Shown piece by piece: positions 11,656-22,821 of a DNA stretch of 64,000 bases. This DNA comes from Isurus oxyrinchus (lineage: Eukaryota). Position numbers and translations under genes: made by a program. The notes beneath the pieces are model-generated. The model was not told where the DNA came from. It did no database searches and worked only from the letters and a program-made list of their open reading frames with translations. Positions within the stretch are counted from its first letter, which is position 1. Each line of letters opens with the position of its first letter. The DNA lies in assembly GCA_026770705.1 (NCBI GenBank), contig JANJGN010000152.1, forward strand, positions 186,001 to 250,000, written 5' to 3'.

Positions 11656-11938
11656 CTAATTAAGTCAACAACAGTGCGAGAAACACGGATCCTCAGATGA
11701 AGAGATACCGAGAAAGACAGGGAGAAAGATAAAGTCAGGGGAATAATCGGTCCAGAACTAATGGGTTTCGAACTCACATCAGTTCTGAGAGACCAGCCAA
11801 TCATATCGCTAGGAAACGCCTCTCAATTTCTCAATAAGTGAAGCCTGTCCCTGATCCGAATTTCCTCTTTATATCAGAACAGACTGTCAACTTATTTCAA
11901 ATATTACCTTATTTCTTCCGACCTCTAATCTTGACACC

Positions 11939-12370
11939 ATGTGCTGTCTTTGTTCCTTCATGATAATAATACTCTTGCTGCCTGGTGAGTCAATGTGTAA
12001 ATGGTCAATATCTGTTTCACCTGCTTTCTTCAATTCCAGATATTTGCTACATTATGTGTTTTGTTATAGGAACAAATGGCCAAGATTCAGTGTCCCAGAA
12101 TCCCCCTGAATTAACGGTTCTGGAAGGACAGAGCATAGAATTGGACTGTAATTACTCGACAGCTGCTCCAGCTGTGTTCTGGTACACCCAATATTCCGGG
12201 GAAGCTCCGATATATTTAATGAAGATATATAGCTCAGGGAATGCAGACAGGTCTCCAGATTTCCCAGACAAGTTCACTGGTGTTTTGCACAAAGAAAACA
12301 AAACGGTTCATTTGAATGTCGCCGAGTCTGTTCTCTCCGACAGCGCCGTGTATTTCTGTGCCATGAACAC
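11939..12370 (+). CDS. TRAV: TCR alpha/delta V segment, apparently functional
   Basis: Leader 11939-11984 (MCCLCSFMIIILLLP) GT..AG, exon 12070-12370 QDSVSQNPPEL..LDC..FWYTQ..DSAVYFCAMN; C23, W41, C104 intact; CCAAT promoter near 11797. Confidence 0.93.
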
Positions 12371-12410
12371 CACACTGCTGCAGAGATATCGCGGATCCCG
12401 TACAAAAACC
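12371..12410 (+). other. RSS with 24-bp spacer
   Basis: cacactg (12371-77) + 24 bp + acaaaaacc (12402-10). Confidence 0.92.
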
Positions 12411-12420
12411 CCACTGGGAG

Positions 12421-12450
12421 TTCCAGTCAGCGCTCAGCAGAGGGCGGTCT
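12421..12450 (+). promoter_or_regulatory. CTCF-like motif downstream of RSS
   Basis: ttccagt..ctCAGCAGAGGGCGgt. Confidence 0.55.
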
Positions 12451-13157
12451 CACACCGATAAAAAGAAACAATTCAGCCTGTGGGTGTCACAGAGTCATTA
12501 ATAAAATATCAAACCCAAACATAACACTGAACAAGAACAGGTGAGTAGCAACTGAGCAATTCCATACTAAAAATGAATTTCACAAATTAATTTGTGGTGC
12601 GTTGAGTCACATTTTGCATTTTGATGATTTTTCCTTGCCTGTCTGAATTATTTTTCAGCCCTTTCTTCATCCCCATCGTCCTTTTCGAGGTCTCTTTGGT
12701 CTAAGCCTCACATGTTGTCTATTTGATCAGAGTACTTTTCTGGTTCAGGGAAGGTATATGGAAAATGAATACATTTCACAAGGTAATGATTGCGCTCTAT
12801 TAAACAAGCCCCAAGCACAGAGTTCCCTCAATTTTCATTGTCTTTTCGAGTATCTGTTTAATGTTTTCTGACATAATTCACAATCTAGTGATTCTGTTTT
12901 TCAATAACCAGACAAGGGGAACCATCCCCACTCCTGTCCCTAACAATGTAACCATCTCCGTTATATGGACTATAGCCCCGCTCAAACTGTTTCCAGTCGC
13001 TGACAGCCACTCCACCACTTACAGTTCTTAAAGCGTCAACTGAGGCAAAAGAAAGTGAGATGAGAGGATCATGAGAATGACAACCGATTATTGATGGTGC
13101 AGATTAGAGTGAGTTTCTTCCAATCTCAATTTCCCTTTTACAGAGCGGGGAGCGACA

Positions 13158-13630
13158 ATGCCGTCAGGCAGCAATTGGGTTGTATGGGTATTTCTGACAG
13201 GGAACTGTGAAATAGACACATTTCATCTCACTTTCGAAACATGGTTTCAATCTGAATTTTAAACACTCTCCGTTACGAATATTGCCTGTTTGACCATGTG
13301 TTTCAGATCTGCATCATGAAGGCCCTGTCACTCAGGTACTGTCCTCAACTGTTAAGACAGAAGGAGAGGTAGCTGCTTTAAATTTCACCTATGATATTAC
13401 ATGGAGTGACTGTATTTTATTCTGGTACCGGCTGATTCCAATCCGAATGTATTCACAGAGGCAGTCTTACTCATGCCTACAAGCAATCGTTGAGATAGAA
13501 AACAGCAAATGCACCGTTCAGGGAATCAAACTTCTCTCTCTGAGTGGAGAAAGTGACTCTGAAGAGTTAATTAGAAGCAGAACTCTCAGCCGGAGTTAAT
13601 GATGGGAAGCAGTCTCACTCCCCGTACTTT
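13158..13630 (+). pseudogene. TCR Vdelta-like pseudogene (paralog of 6897)
   Basis: Leader 13158-13200 with GG donor; exon from 13307 (GPVTQVLSSTVKTEGE..F..DCILFWYR), C23>F, 3' half replaced by unrelated sequence; RSS spacer remnant aatgatgggaa near 13598; downstream flank matches 7870-8100. Confidence 0.8.
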
Positions 13631-13960
13631 GAGCTATGTTTGGGAGCTCCTGCCTGTTGAGTTTGTATCGAATCTCGGGCAGGTGCAGCCACAATGTTCG
13701 CCGGCCCTGTCTGCCGCTCAGACACAAACAGAGAGGAAACCACATTCACCTCGGATCAAACTGTCACCCATCTGTTTCCAGCGGCGGCCGAGGGAGAAAA
13801 ACTGCAGAATCTGATTCTACAGAACACACCCATCGTCAAATCAATCTACAGGTTAAACCGTTCTTCCTGTTTCTGATCAGCTGTTAATTCCCTTAAACCC
13901 CGGGCTCGATATTCAGATCAACTCCGGGAATGATGTTTCTGATCCTCCAACCTGACTGGC

Positions 13961-14023
13961 TGACGTCACACAGACTGTAGGGTGGCGTCACAAATATTAC
14001 ATATTACAAATGCCCTGACGTAT
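13961..14023 (+). promoter_or_regulatory. CRE cluster upstream of V leader
   Basis: TGACGTCA 13961-68, TGGCGTCA and TGACGTA, 190-255 bp upstream of ATG 14216. Confidence 0.55.
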
Positions 14024-14215
14024 GCGCATTCCACCCCCCCCCCCCCCCCCCCCCCAAACCACGACATCCCATCAAGTGCTAGAGACCCGGGTCTGGCGGA
14101 CACAGTGTAACTGGTGTTGGGCTCAGTTTGATTTGCCACAGGGCTGCCTCCTCCGACAGCCTTCCTTGGCCTGAATCTGTTTAGATTTACTCTACACAAG
14201 TCGATAGGATCCGAC

Positions 14216-14733
14216 ATGAAGCTAAGCTTCCAATCTGTCTGGATGTCTTACTCTTCCCCCCGTATGAGTACGATTGCTATTTCAGACAGGAATAATTTAC
14301 ACATAGTTTTACACATTTGTTATGCTGTGTTACTTTGTACTTTGCTTTATTGCATATCATGTAGTATGTTATGTTGTGCTCTATTGTGCTCTGCTATATT
14401 TTATTGTACTAGATAATATTGCTTTCATGAAATTACTCTATATCTACATATTATTTTCAGATGCAACTGGCAGTGAAGAAGTATCACAGTCTCCTGAGTC
14501 ACTGGGTGTTACCGAGGAAGACACTGCATCGTTGAGCTGTTCCACCACAGCAGCAGGATGAATCCTACAGTGGTACAGACAATAGCCGGACCGCACCGTG
14601 CAGCACCTGGCGACTGGTACCAGCGATCGGGACAGGATCACGGCTCGGTTCATTTCAGCAGAGAGGAGCAGTGCTCTGAATGTTAGTGATGCTCGAGTGA
14701 TAGACACCGCCACCTATTTCTGCGCTGTTGAGG
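14216..14733 (+). pseudogene. TCR Valpha-like pseudogene with very short CDR2
   Basis: Leader 14216-14261; exon from 14461 EEVSQSPESL..LSCSTTAAG*ILQWYRQ*..DTATYFCAVE; two in-frame stops. Confidence 0.92.
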
Positions 14734-14772
14734 CACAGTGCAGCAAAGATCAGGAGGGACCATACAAAAACC
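14734..14772 (+). other. Consensus 23-RSS
   Basis: cacagtg + 23 bp + acaaaaacc. Confidence 0.95.
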
Positions 14773-14963
14773 TGCCAGGGTGACCGTCACGGTTTGTCGT
14801 CGGTGCAGGAATCAGAAAGCTGGGAGGTTCATAAGGAAACGTCCATCAGTCGCCCAATAAAAAAAGATTTCCCTGATCGGAGTTTCCTCTTTAATTTTAG
14901 ACAAGCATTTTCAACATCCGTTTAAAATTCTGTTATTTTCTGTCGAAGCCTGAACCAGACACC

Positions 14964-15330
14964 ATGTTTTCCCGATTGTCCTGTCTGATAATGGCCGTGC
15001 TGTGCGGTGAGCCGATGTTTAAAGGGTCATTGTCTATTTCATGTGTTAAATTCAATCCCAGACTTTGACACATTCTGTGTTTGTTACAGCAACGAGTGGT
15101 GCAGTGGCGCAGACTCACTGCCCCTGGATCCCTCTGAGTTTACTGTCTGGAAGAACAGACCGTAATGATCAGCCATAGTTACTCCATTTCTGTGAGCTTT
15201 CTCTACCTCTGTTGGTACATCAAAATTCCCGGTAAGCTCCGAGATATTTACTGAGACACTGTTACTCGGGGCATGGGGATAAGCCTCAACATTTCCCAGA
15301 CCAGATCTCTGATGATTTGGCCATAGGTGT
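14964..15330 (+). pseudogene. TCR V pseudogene, frameshifted and truncated in FR3
   Basis: Leader 14964-15006 (MFSRLSCLIMAVLC) GTGAG; exon from 15090 with frameshifts (..EEQTVMISHSYS..WYIK..APRYLLR..FPDQIS); no RSS. Confidence 0.82.
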
Positions 15331-15445
15331 TTACAGCAATTCTAATGTTTCACACGTAAAGCTGTCAGTTTTTGTTCTCTACGAACCCAGAAACAAACTA
15401 ACTTCTCAGTTGGAGCCACCAAGAACACTTAGCCTAACTCGCTGA

Positions 15446-15484
15446 GGTTTTTGTACGGGCTCCTGGCTTTTATGTGAGGCTGTG
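15446..15484 (-). other. 23-RSS
   Basis: Reverse complement cacagcc + 23 bp + acaaaaacc. Confidence 0.92.
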
Positions 15485-16014
15485 CCTCACTGCACAGTAA
15501 TAGACCGCCCCATCCTTCACACTCAGTCTGCTTATATTGAGATAACCGTACTGTTTAGACTTGTCAGCAGCCGCCAGATATCGTCCTGAGATTTCATCTT
15601 TTCTCAGCCCTACTACTTTGGTAATTATCCAGCTTGGAGGCTGTGCCGAATAATGCCGATACCATTGCATACTGTATATAGCCTTGTCTGTATATTCGCA
15701 ATCTAACTGCACCGAACCCCCTTCTGACACGCTTAAAATCACTGGGGTCTGAGTTACTGGATCGGCACACAGGCCGCCTGTGAAAGTAGAAAAACAGAAG
15801 AGTATACGGTTAAAGAGGATCCATCTAAACATCTGTCTATCTAAATGACTGTGCGCAAATTCCAATGAACAAAGCTGTTCACAATATGTATACATCTGAT
15901 CGTTAATCATATTAATTGCTAGTGCAAGCCCTTTGCCTCAATGTGCTAACCTGTTTTTATGAACATAATCCAGTACTTACTGCCCAAGATAGCCGCCAGT
16001 ATAATGAGAAACAT
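15485..16014 (-). CDS. TRAV: TCR alpha/delta V segment, apparently functional, inverted
   Basis: Leader 16014-15981 (MFLIILAAILG) GTAAGT; exon 15777-15485 DPVTQTP..LDCEY..MQWYRH..DGAVYYCAVR. Confidence 0.93.
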
Positions 16015-16149
16015 GTCTGACTGAATCTCTCTCAGTGAATATGAATGGAATGAGCCAGAGATTGAAAAGGAGAGAGGGAATCGGGCTTTGTTCAGCTCAT
16101 TGTTCCACCCACGATCGGCAGGGGGCTAGGCCCGTTGTGATCTCACTCA

Positions 16150-16228
16150 GGCAACCAATCAATTGGCTTTGACGTTGGCCACACGTGACTTTCTAATTAG
16201 CATACCTCGACTTGGCGCCCTCTGCTGG
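16150..16228 (-). promoter_or_regulatory. V promoter with CTCF motif, E-box and CCAAT
   Basis: Reverse complement CCAGCAGAGGGCGCC (16214-28) and GTCACGTG, both conserved in the paralogous promoter at 19917-19965. Confidence 0.65.
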
Positions 16229-16439
16229 TGGAATCTGTTTTCATCCGGTTAAGGGGGCCATTGATTAGATTTTGTGTTTATCGGTTTACATATCAAAACA
16301 CGAATGTTATTTTTTCCCCCAGAAGTCTAAATTGGAGCTGATCAGAATCAATCTTTTTTTTCCGTTGATGTTTATGTAGTATTTAAATAATATTGAAAGT
16401 TTATAACTCGCTGTTTAGGGATCAGGGAACCACCATTTA

Positions 16440-16940
16440 CATAGAATGTCAAGATATTGGAGATAATAGACCAGAATAGTACCTGGGATGACGGCCTCCA
16501 ATGTGAATGGACGAAGGAAATTGGTAATACTTTTCTTATGTAAAAGAATTAAAGGAGGTAGTTAATTGAAGTGCTCAAAATTATAAGAGGTTTGATGAAC
16601 TAGATCGTGTACTGTTGTTTCCACTGGCAGAAAATTTGATAATCCAAGTAGCCAAGTTTAAGAGAAAAGAGACAGGGAAAGGTTATATTCACTTATTACA
16701 CAGCCATGTGTTCAAATATGGATTGTACTGTCTAAAAGGATGACAGAATATTCATTAGAAACTTTCAGAAGAAAATTGTATGTAACTTAGAAGAAAATTA
16801 TACGCAACTTAAAAGAAGAAAAAACTGCCGGCCTTCATAGAAAATATGGGGTTGAAAGATGAATTGATAACTCTTCCAATGAGGCATAGACATGATAGGC
16901 CAAATAGCCTCAATTCTTTGCTCTAATATTCGATTATTCT
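16440..16940 (+). mobile_element. Old CR1 3' fragment
   Basis: Degenerate match to CR1 C-terminus and 3'UTR (ttgtttccactggcag; gataggccaaatagcctc). Confidence 0.6.
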
Positions 16941-17277
16941 TGTTCCTTCATGTCCCTCCCACTCTATTTGTTGTCAGACACTTGAACAGTCAGCAGGTGC
17001 GGGCTAGTCATTCACATTGAATGTTCAACCGTCACTATTTCCCCTCCATCATTTCCGAGTGCAGCTGAGAGTCACCGCACACTTCACTCAACATTGAGTC
17101 TACAGTATACTCGCCCACAGCTTCCATTTGCTGCTCTCGCTCTGACTCGATTGTGTGTTTGGAGAGATTGCTGCCGCTGTTCCATTCCTGTCATTGGTTG
17201 GATCAGCAGTGCAGTGGGACGGGGATCTGTATTTCTGCTCTTTCTCGCACTGCAGGGTTAAAGACGTAGGAAGTGTC

Positions 17278-17783
17278 ATGGGGAACTGTTTTGCTTTTTT
17301 CCTCATCATTATGTCACTTCCAAGTAAATATTTCATTCCCAGTGAATAATCCATTTTCCTCTAATTACTATGACACAGATATTGTTGTTAACAAAGCAAT
17401 AGTGATGGCGATGATGATGATTCTGTTGATCAATGTGAGGCTGATACTGATTGTTGTTATTGCTATTGTTTTATGTTAGAATGGAGCCACCAAGACAAAG
17501 TGGAACAGTTGGTTGCTGCAATAATGTTTGACGAGAAAAGTAATATCACAGTGGATTGCATATTGAAAACACGTACTGATAACCCTTACGTGTACTGGCA
17601 CAGTCAGTGCCACGAGCAGCCTCCACAGTACATGCTTCATATTCTGGGAGGGAAGCCATTCAGACATAAGGATATCAGTGATTAGTTTTCAACATTGTTC
17701 AATAAAACTACCAAGATTACCGAACTCACGATCGGTAACATCCTGATCTCTGACAGCGCGCAATATTTCTGTGCCTTGGACCC
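17278..17783 (+). pseudogene. TCR V pseudogene with a single nonsense codon
   Basis: Leader 17278-17323 (MGNCFAFFLIIMSLP); exon from 17480 QDKVEQ..VDC..YWHSQ..DISD*FSTLF..DSAQYFCALD; TAG at 17683-85. Confidence 0.9.
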
Positions 17784-17823
17784 CACGCTGCTGCAGAGAT
17801 ATAGCGGATCCCACACAAAAACC
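17784..17823 (+). other. RSS with 24-bp spacer
   Basis: cacgctg + 24 bp + acaaaaacc; CTCF-like ttcaacagagggtact at 17847-62. Confidence 0.88.
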
Positions 17824-18439
17824 CTCACTGAGAGTTCCCGTTAGTGTTCAACAGAGGGTACTCTCAAACCGATAAACAGAAGCAATAATCCCGCCTCTGC
17901 AGTGAGAAAAATTGCAAACATCTACAGCCTTCTGCAATAATAGAAACTGACAATTTCTGCAGTAATATTCATTTGCGATTTCAACTTACATATCTGATAA
18001 CATTAACATTACGGGCCAATTTGTGGTGCCTTACGTCACTTCTTTCTCTTTCGATGCCTTTCCTGCCGACATGGTCATTCTCACGCCATCTCTCCACGCG
18101 TTACCCATATTTTCAGACATCTCCTTCTTTGGTCTTTGGTTTAAAGATTTCAAACCTTTGATACTTCTTTGAACATTAACTCAAAACTATGCTAACTCAG
18201 CCGGCCATAGGGTTTGCCTCAGTTTTAACCGATTTAGCCAATGAAAACTTAATTTATTATTTACTTATTTACCAATCCTGACACGCCTGTGTTCACCCTG
18301 TTCTCCCCCAATTTGGAATAAATATGAAATTACAGCAGCTGTTATCGAGAGGCAGAGTTATATTATTTTAGAAGGGGACATAAATATTGAATTAATCTCC
18401 TTACAAATGGATTCGACGTGTGACAACACTTCCTGCTCC

Positions 18440-18700
18440 AGCCCCGCCCACAGCTTCCTTTGCTGCCTTCTCTCTGATCCGCCTTGCCTGCCCTGTGTGA
18501 TTGGACAGATTGGTGCCGCTGTTCTCTGTTTGGCATTGTTTAGATCAGCGGTTCAGCCGAGCGGGGCTCGGTATTTCTGCTCTGACAGAGAATTTCCAGG
18601 GCTGCAGAGCTACAGAAAGAAGAATCATCATGTGGAACCATACTGTACAGCTCCTTCCTATTATATCAGATCTCACTAAGTATTTCCTTCCGAGTAAAAC
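18440..18700 (+). pseudogene. Orphan V promoter and leader (paralog of 17110-17345)
   Basis: gcccacagcttcc..gattggtgccgctgttc..tatttctgctct..atgtggaac; V exon missing. Confidence 0.65.
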
Positions 18701-18714
18701 TTTATTCCCCTTCG

Positions 18715-18960
18715 AGTACAAGCGTACGAACGAGGAGCAGCAGTAGGCCATTCAGTCCCTCGAGCCTGCTTCGCTATTTAGCAACTTGAAATGTTCACCC
18801 CACCTACCCCCGCTGTCCTATCACCACCTCTCTTACCAAGAATCTATCCACATCTTTCTTAAAATATTCAAGGACTCTGCTTCCATCGCCTTTTCAGGAA
18901 AAGAGTTCCAAAGGCTCTCGATCCCCTGAGTGAAAAAAATCGCCTCATCTCTGTTTCAAT
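18715..18960 (-). mobile_element. CR1 3' end fragment
   Basis: gtaggccattcagtccctcgagcctgct..gagttccaa..cgcctcatctctgtt is the reverse complement of the CR1 3' end. Confidence 0.8.
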
Positions 18961-19090
18961 TCAGGTCCCTGGTTCACTGTACAGCTGAGCTACCCAATGG
19001 CAAGAACAGACCAACGGAAGAAATACCTCCAAGAACAAAACCGGGCCAGAGCAGAGGAACAAACGGAAGCTGTGGCCGGCGATGCTGCAG
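18961..19090 (-). promoter_or_regulatory. Inverted orphan V promoter (family of 17110)
   Basis: cactgtacagctga..ccaatggcaagaa..ggaagctgtggcc matches reverse complement of 17110-17230. Confidence 0.55.
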
Positions 19091-19916
19091 CTTGAAAACT
19101 GATAAAAGTGCACGGCGGTGACCAGCTGCAGCCGGAACTGATGGAGCAGAAATAGCGACGGTTGAAACTCCAGACGTCTCCGAGCATCCTGCACCTGTTC
19201 ACACATCAAATGGCTGAGAAAAACTAGTAAGGGAGGGCAGGAAGGGACCAGAATTATAAAAAGATACGGAACGGAATGAGGACTCCGCTTACCGTATCTG
19301 TGTCTATTTAAAAGGCCCATCACAATCGCCTTTCACACCGCACATTTTCCACGCTGTTTTCCTTTCTCAAGTTATAACAATTCCATATTGAAATTTATGA
19401 CTGGATCCTCTTCCCCCGTTATTTTAGGCACCTATTCCAGATGTTAACACGTACAATGTAATAAACAAAACAGATCTTTGTCCCTCTGTTGTTTTCATGA
19501 AATCGAAATGATTTGGTTATTGAATTTTCTGATAATGGAAGCAACTGCGACCTAATCTGTCAAATGGGCATAATTTTTTAGCACATCTCTTTTACCTTCT
19601 TTGTTACGAGGGCAAGAATCCAAGTTTCTCTAGACTATTCCAGCAAACGTTCCTCATCTCTGGTGCCATTCTGGTGTACAGCGTCCGCACTTTCTCCAAA
19701 AAATTTGCATTACTTCTACTTTGTCGCACCCAGGATTTGGACAGAGAATCCAGGGATGATTTCTAAAGATTTATAAATACTCTCTGACATAAACATCAGC
19801 AGCAACGAAGACTGTGTCTAAACAGCTCCACTTTAGGCTTTGGGGGCACCTTTGTGTCTTGATAAGCATTTCAAAAACTGAATGGCAGCATCCGAAGAGG
19901 GATTGAATCGGATTCC

Positions 19917-19965
19917 CCAGCGGAGGGCGCCAAGTTCAAGCATGGGCGTCACTAAGTCACGTGTT
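19917..19965 (+). promoter_or_regulatory. V promoter with CTCF motif and E-box
   Basis: CCAGCGGAGGGCGCC 19917-31 and GTCACGTG, ~190 bp upstream of ATG. Confidence 0.62.
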
Positions 19966-20122
19966 GGAAACGCCAAAAGGGATGATTCCCTGAGTGAGGT
20001 CACAATGGGCCTCACTGCAGTGTGTGGGTGGAACAATAAGCTGAACAGAGCCCGGGTTCCCTCTCTCCTTCTCAATCTCTGGCTCATTCCATTCATATTC
20101 ACTGACAGAGATTCAGTCAGTC

Positions 20123-20651
20123 ATGTTTCTGATAATACTGGCGGCGCTGCTGGATAGTAAGTACTGGATTAAGTACATCACGGCAGATCAGTAGATTAAT
20201 GTAGAGACATTGCGTTGGTAATTAATACAATTAACGATCTGAAATATCCAGACGATCGAGAGCTGGGTAAATAGGAGGTTCTACAAACTTACATAGCTAC
20301 AAACAAATATTGATCAACACGGTTTAACTGCTTGATATTTCATTCCTCTACCTCACAGGCGGAATATGCGGAGATCCAGTCACTCAGGCTCCAGCTGCAA
20401 TAACGGTTTCAGAGGGCGATTTGGTGCAGTTAGACTGTGAATATGCAGAAAAGAATATCTATTCCATGCAATGGTACCGGCAGCAAACGGCACAGCCACC
20501 AAAATGGATTATCACCAATATCTTAGCACTGAAGGAAGATGTAATTTCAGGACGATATCTGGCGGCTGCTGACATGTCTCAAAAGAACGGTTACCTCAAT
20601 ATAAGCGAACTGAGTGTGGAGGACGGGGCGCTGTATTACTGTGCAGTGAGG
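20123..20651 (+). CDS. TRAV: TCR alpha/delta V segment, apparently functional (paralog of 16014)
   Basis: Leader 20123-20156 (MFLIILAALLD) GTAAGT; exon 20359-20651 DPVTQAP..LDCEY..MQWYRQ..DGALYYCAVR. Confidence 0.93.
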
Positions 20652-20690
20652 CACAGCGTCAGATCGCAGCGAGAATCCCGTACAAAAACC
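20652..20690 (+). other. 23-RSS
   Basis: cacagcg + 23 bp + acaaaaacc. Confidence 0.93.
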
Positions 20691-21069
20691 TCATCGGTTT
20701 TTGCTCCGTGGTTCCAGAGATGTAAAACAGGCAGGTCTATGTACCGCAGTTTTATTGCTCTATTTGTCCTTGTCCAAATCCACAAAAGAGCAGTTTTGGG
20801 AAATATGCAAAATTATCTCCATGCCGCCATTTATAGGGTAAATATCTACGAGCCGAACCGGGACATCGATTTGCCAACAGAGGAAAAGAAATCTCTCAGA
20901 AGTGGAGTCCCTGTAGCTGATAATTATGGGCTGTTCTTACAAAATCGTTAACTCAAGTGGACCCAGGGTGAATTGGTGGAGGGGTGGATTGATCAGTTTA
21001 TTGTACCTATTTCCACAAACACTTGATTTAATTTTCCTTTTATATATCATTCTGTTAATTTCATTCTTG

Positions 21070-21370
21070 TTCTGGAAGCTACTCCTTGTCACTGGGGAAA
21101 GAATCAGGTATTAGTTTATCGGGAACGCAAGGAGAATCATTTCGCTTCACCATAACTCCATTTTTGCTGCAAATGAACTTATATTCTTGAGCCGGCATTT
21201 CTGAAATCGAGCTCCTGAGCATCCCGTCCCATATTCAGTGATGAAAGAGTTGAGGGATGATTTAGAGTATCTGTGCACTGTGAGCAAGTCTCTACCACTC
21301 TCATCGTTCACTTGGTTCAGTTCCCAGATGCAGTAGTGCAGTACGGTGAAACACGGGGAGGCAAGGACGT
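21070..21370 (+). pseudogene. Highly decayed V relic (paralog of 31700)
   Basis: ..ELIF..RAPEH..ERVEG*FRVSVHCEQVSTTLIVHLVQFPDA; heptamer remnant tacggtg. Confidence 0.55.
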
Positions 21371-21569
21371 CAGGAGGCTGTAGTAGAACTCATTCGACAT
21401 GGGGACTGGGGAGGCAATCTGGACATGGGCTTTAGAAGCGAGATTGCTACCAGTCAATTCTACAAAAAAAAGCAGTTCATCATCCGAATAATTTAACGGA
21501 ATGAAAATATCTTTATTATTTATAATAACATAATAATATGCAGATTAATCATCTGTGCAAAAATCAATC

Positions 21570-21902
21570 AAACATGGAAAGGATCCTTCCTCTTGTAGGC
21601 GAATCTAGAACTAGGGGACATTGTACAAAAATAAGCGGTCTCCTATTTAAAACAGAGATGATAAGAATGTTTTGTCTCGGAAAGTCGGGGGTCTTTGGAA
21701 ATCCCTTCCTCAAAGGGCAGGGCAAGCAGGGTCCTTGAATGTTTTCAAGGCAGAGAGAGATCAATTTTTGATAAGCAAGTAAGTGGAAGATAACCGGGGG
21801 TAGGTGGGAGGTTGCAGTCAGATCAGACATGACCTTATTGAATGGAGGAGCAAGCTCGAAGGGCCGACAGGCCTACTAAAGCTCCTATTTCCTATGTTTG
21901 TA
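21570..21902 (+). mobile_element. CR1 3' fragment
   Basis: MERILPLVGESRTRGH..; 3'UTR gctcgaagggccgacaggcctac. Confidence 0.85.
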
Positions 21903-22273
21903 TATATTTGATTTGAATGACATAGTCCTTTGATGATTAGGGTGCTCACAAGCCTTACATTCTTCCGAAATGAACAATCACAACCTCATCAGTTGCGTAT
22001 TAATGAATTTATGAACAAGAGTCTCATCTATTTATGGAAATGAACAGGTACTGCCATAATGACGTGGGCACCTCAGAAAGCTGAGGCAAATAATCTAGGA
22101 ATGAATATTAAATAGTAAAGGTATCATAAGCAAAACAATGAACAGATAAAAGTTACAGTAATAGTAAAACTAAAGCTATGAGAACCACAACAATGTGGCA
22201 GAATAATCATGCGGCAATATCTTGCAGCAATATTCGAGAATAAATTGAGCGTCGTTGTTTTACAGACAATATT

Positions 22274-22287
22274 CCACTGGATGGCGC
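22274..22287 (+). promoter_or_regulatory. CTCF-like motif
   Basis: CCACTGGATGGCGC; paralogous copy at 32907. Confidence 0.5.
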
Positions 22288-22783
22288 TCCAGGACCTTGC
22301 CTTTGGAGAAAACTTAAACCGTCAGTTCACCGCTCTGACAGGTGACAGCTGGGGATTACAGGAAATATTTTGGCGCTGTGACACGTTACTGCCAACAATA
22401 CTGTATATAGGGCAAGGATTAATAGGTGAATTACACAAGAGACTTAAAGACGGAGGCATATAAATCATTTTATTTCATGGTCCAATGTCACTGCGTTGTA
22501 GATTTTCATTGTTAATTCAAGTGTCAGGTATAGGCAATGTAGATATACTTCATGATTCTTGTCTTTTCAATACGCTCTGAGATTTTAATATAACTGCTGC
22601 CATTTAAACTTTGTTATGACTAGATTTGGCCGATTGTAAACGCAATTTAAATTATAATCTAATATAATTTCATGAGTGGGCCTCACTTCTTGTTATTGGG
22701 TGCTCTGCTTCGTTGCAATATTAAGAAAATCCATGTGAATCCCAGTGGAGGCTGTATTACTGTTTCCATATATTGGTGTGAGA

Positions 22784-22796
22784 GCGCCCTCTGGTG
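22784..22796 (-). promoter_or_regulatory. CTCF motif downstream of RSS
   Basis: Reverse complement CACCAGAGGGCGC, near consensus. Confidence 0.65.
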
Positions 22797-22821
22797 AGCG
22801 CCAACTGGCCCTCTCAGCGTG

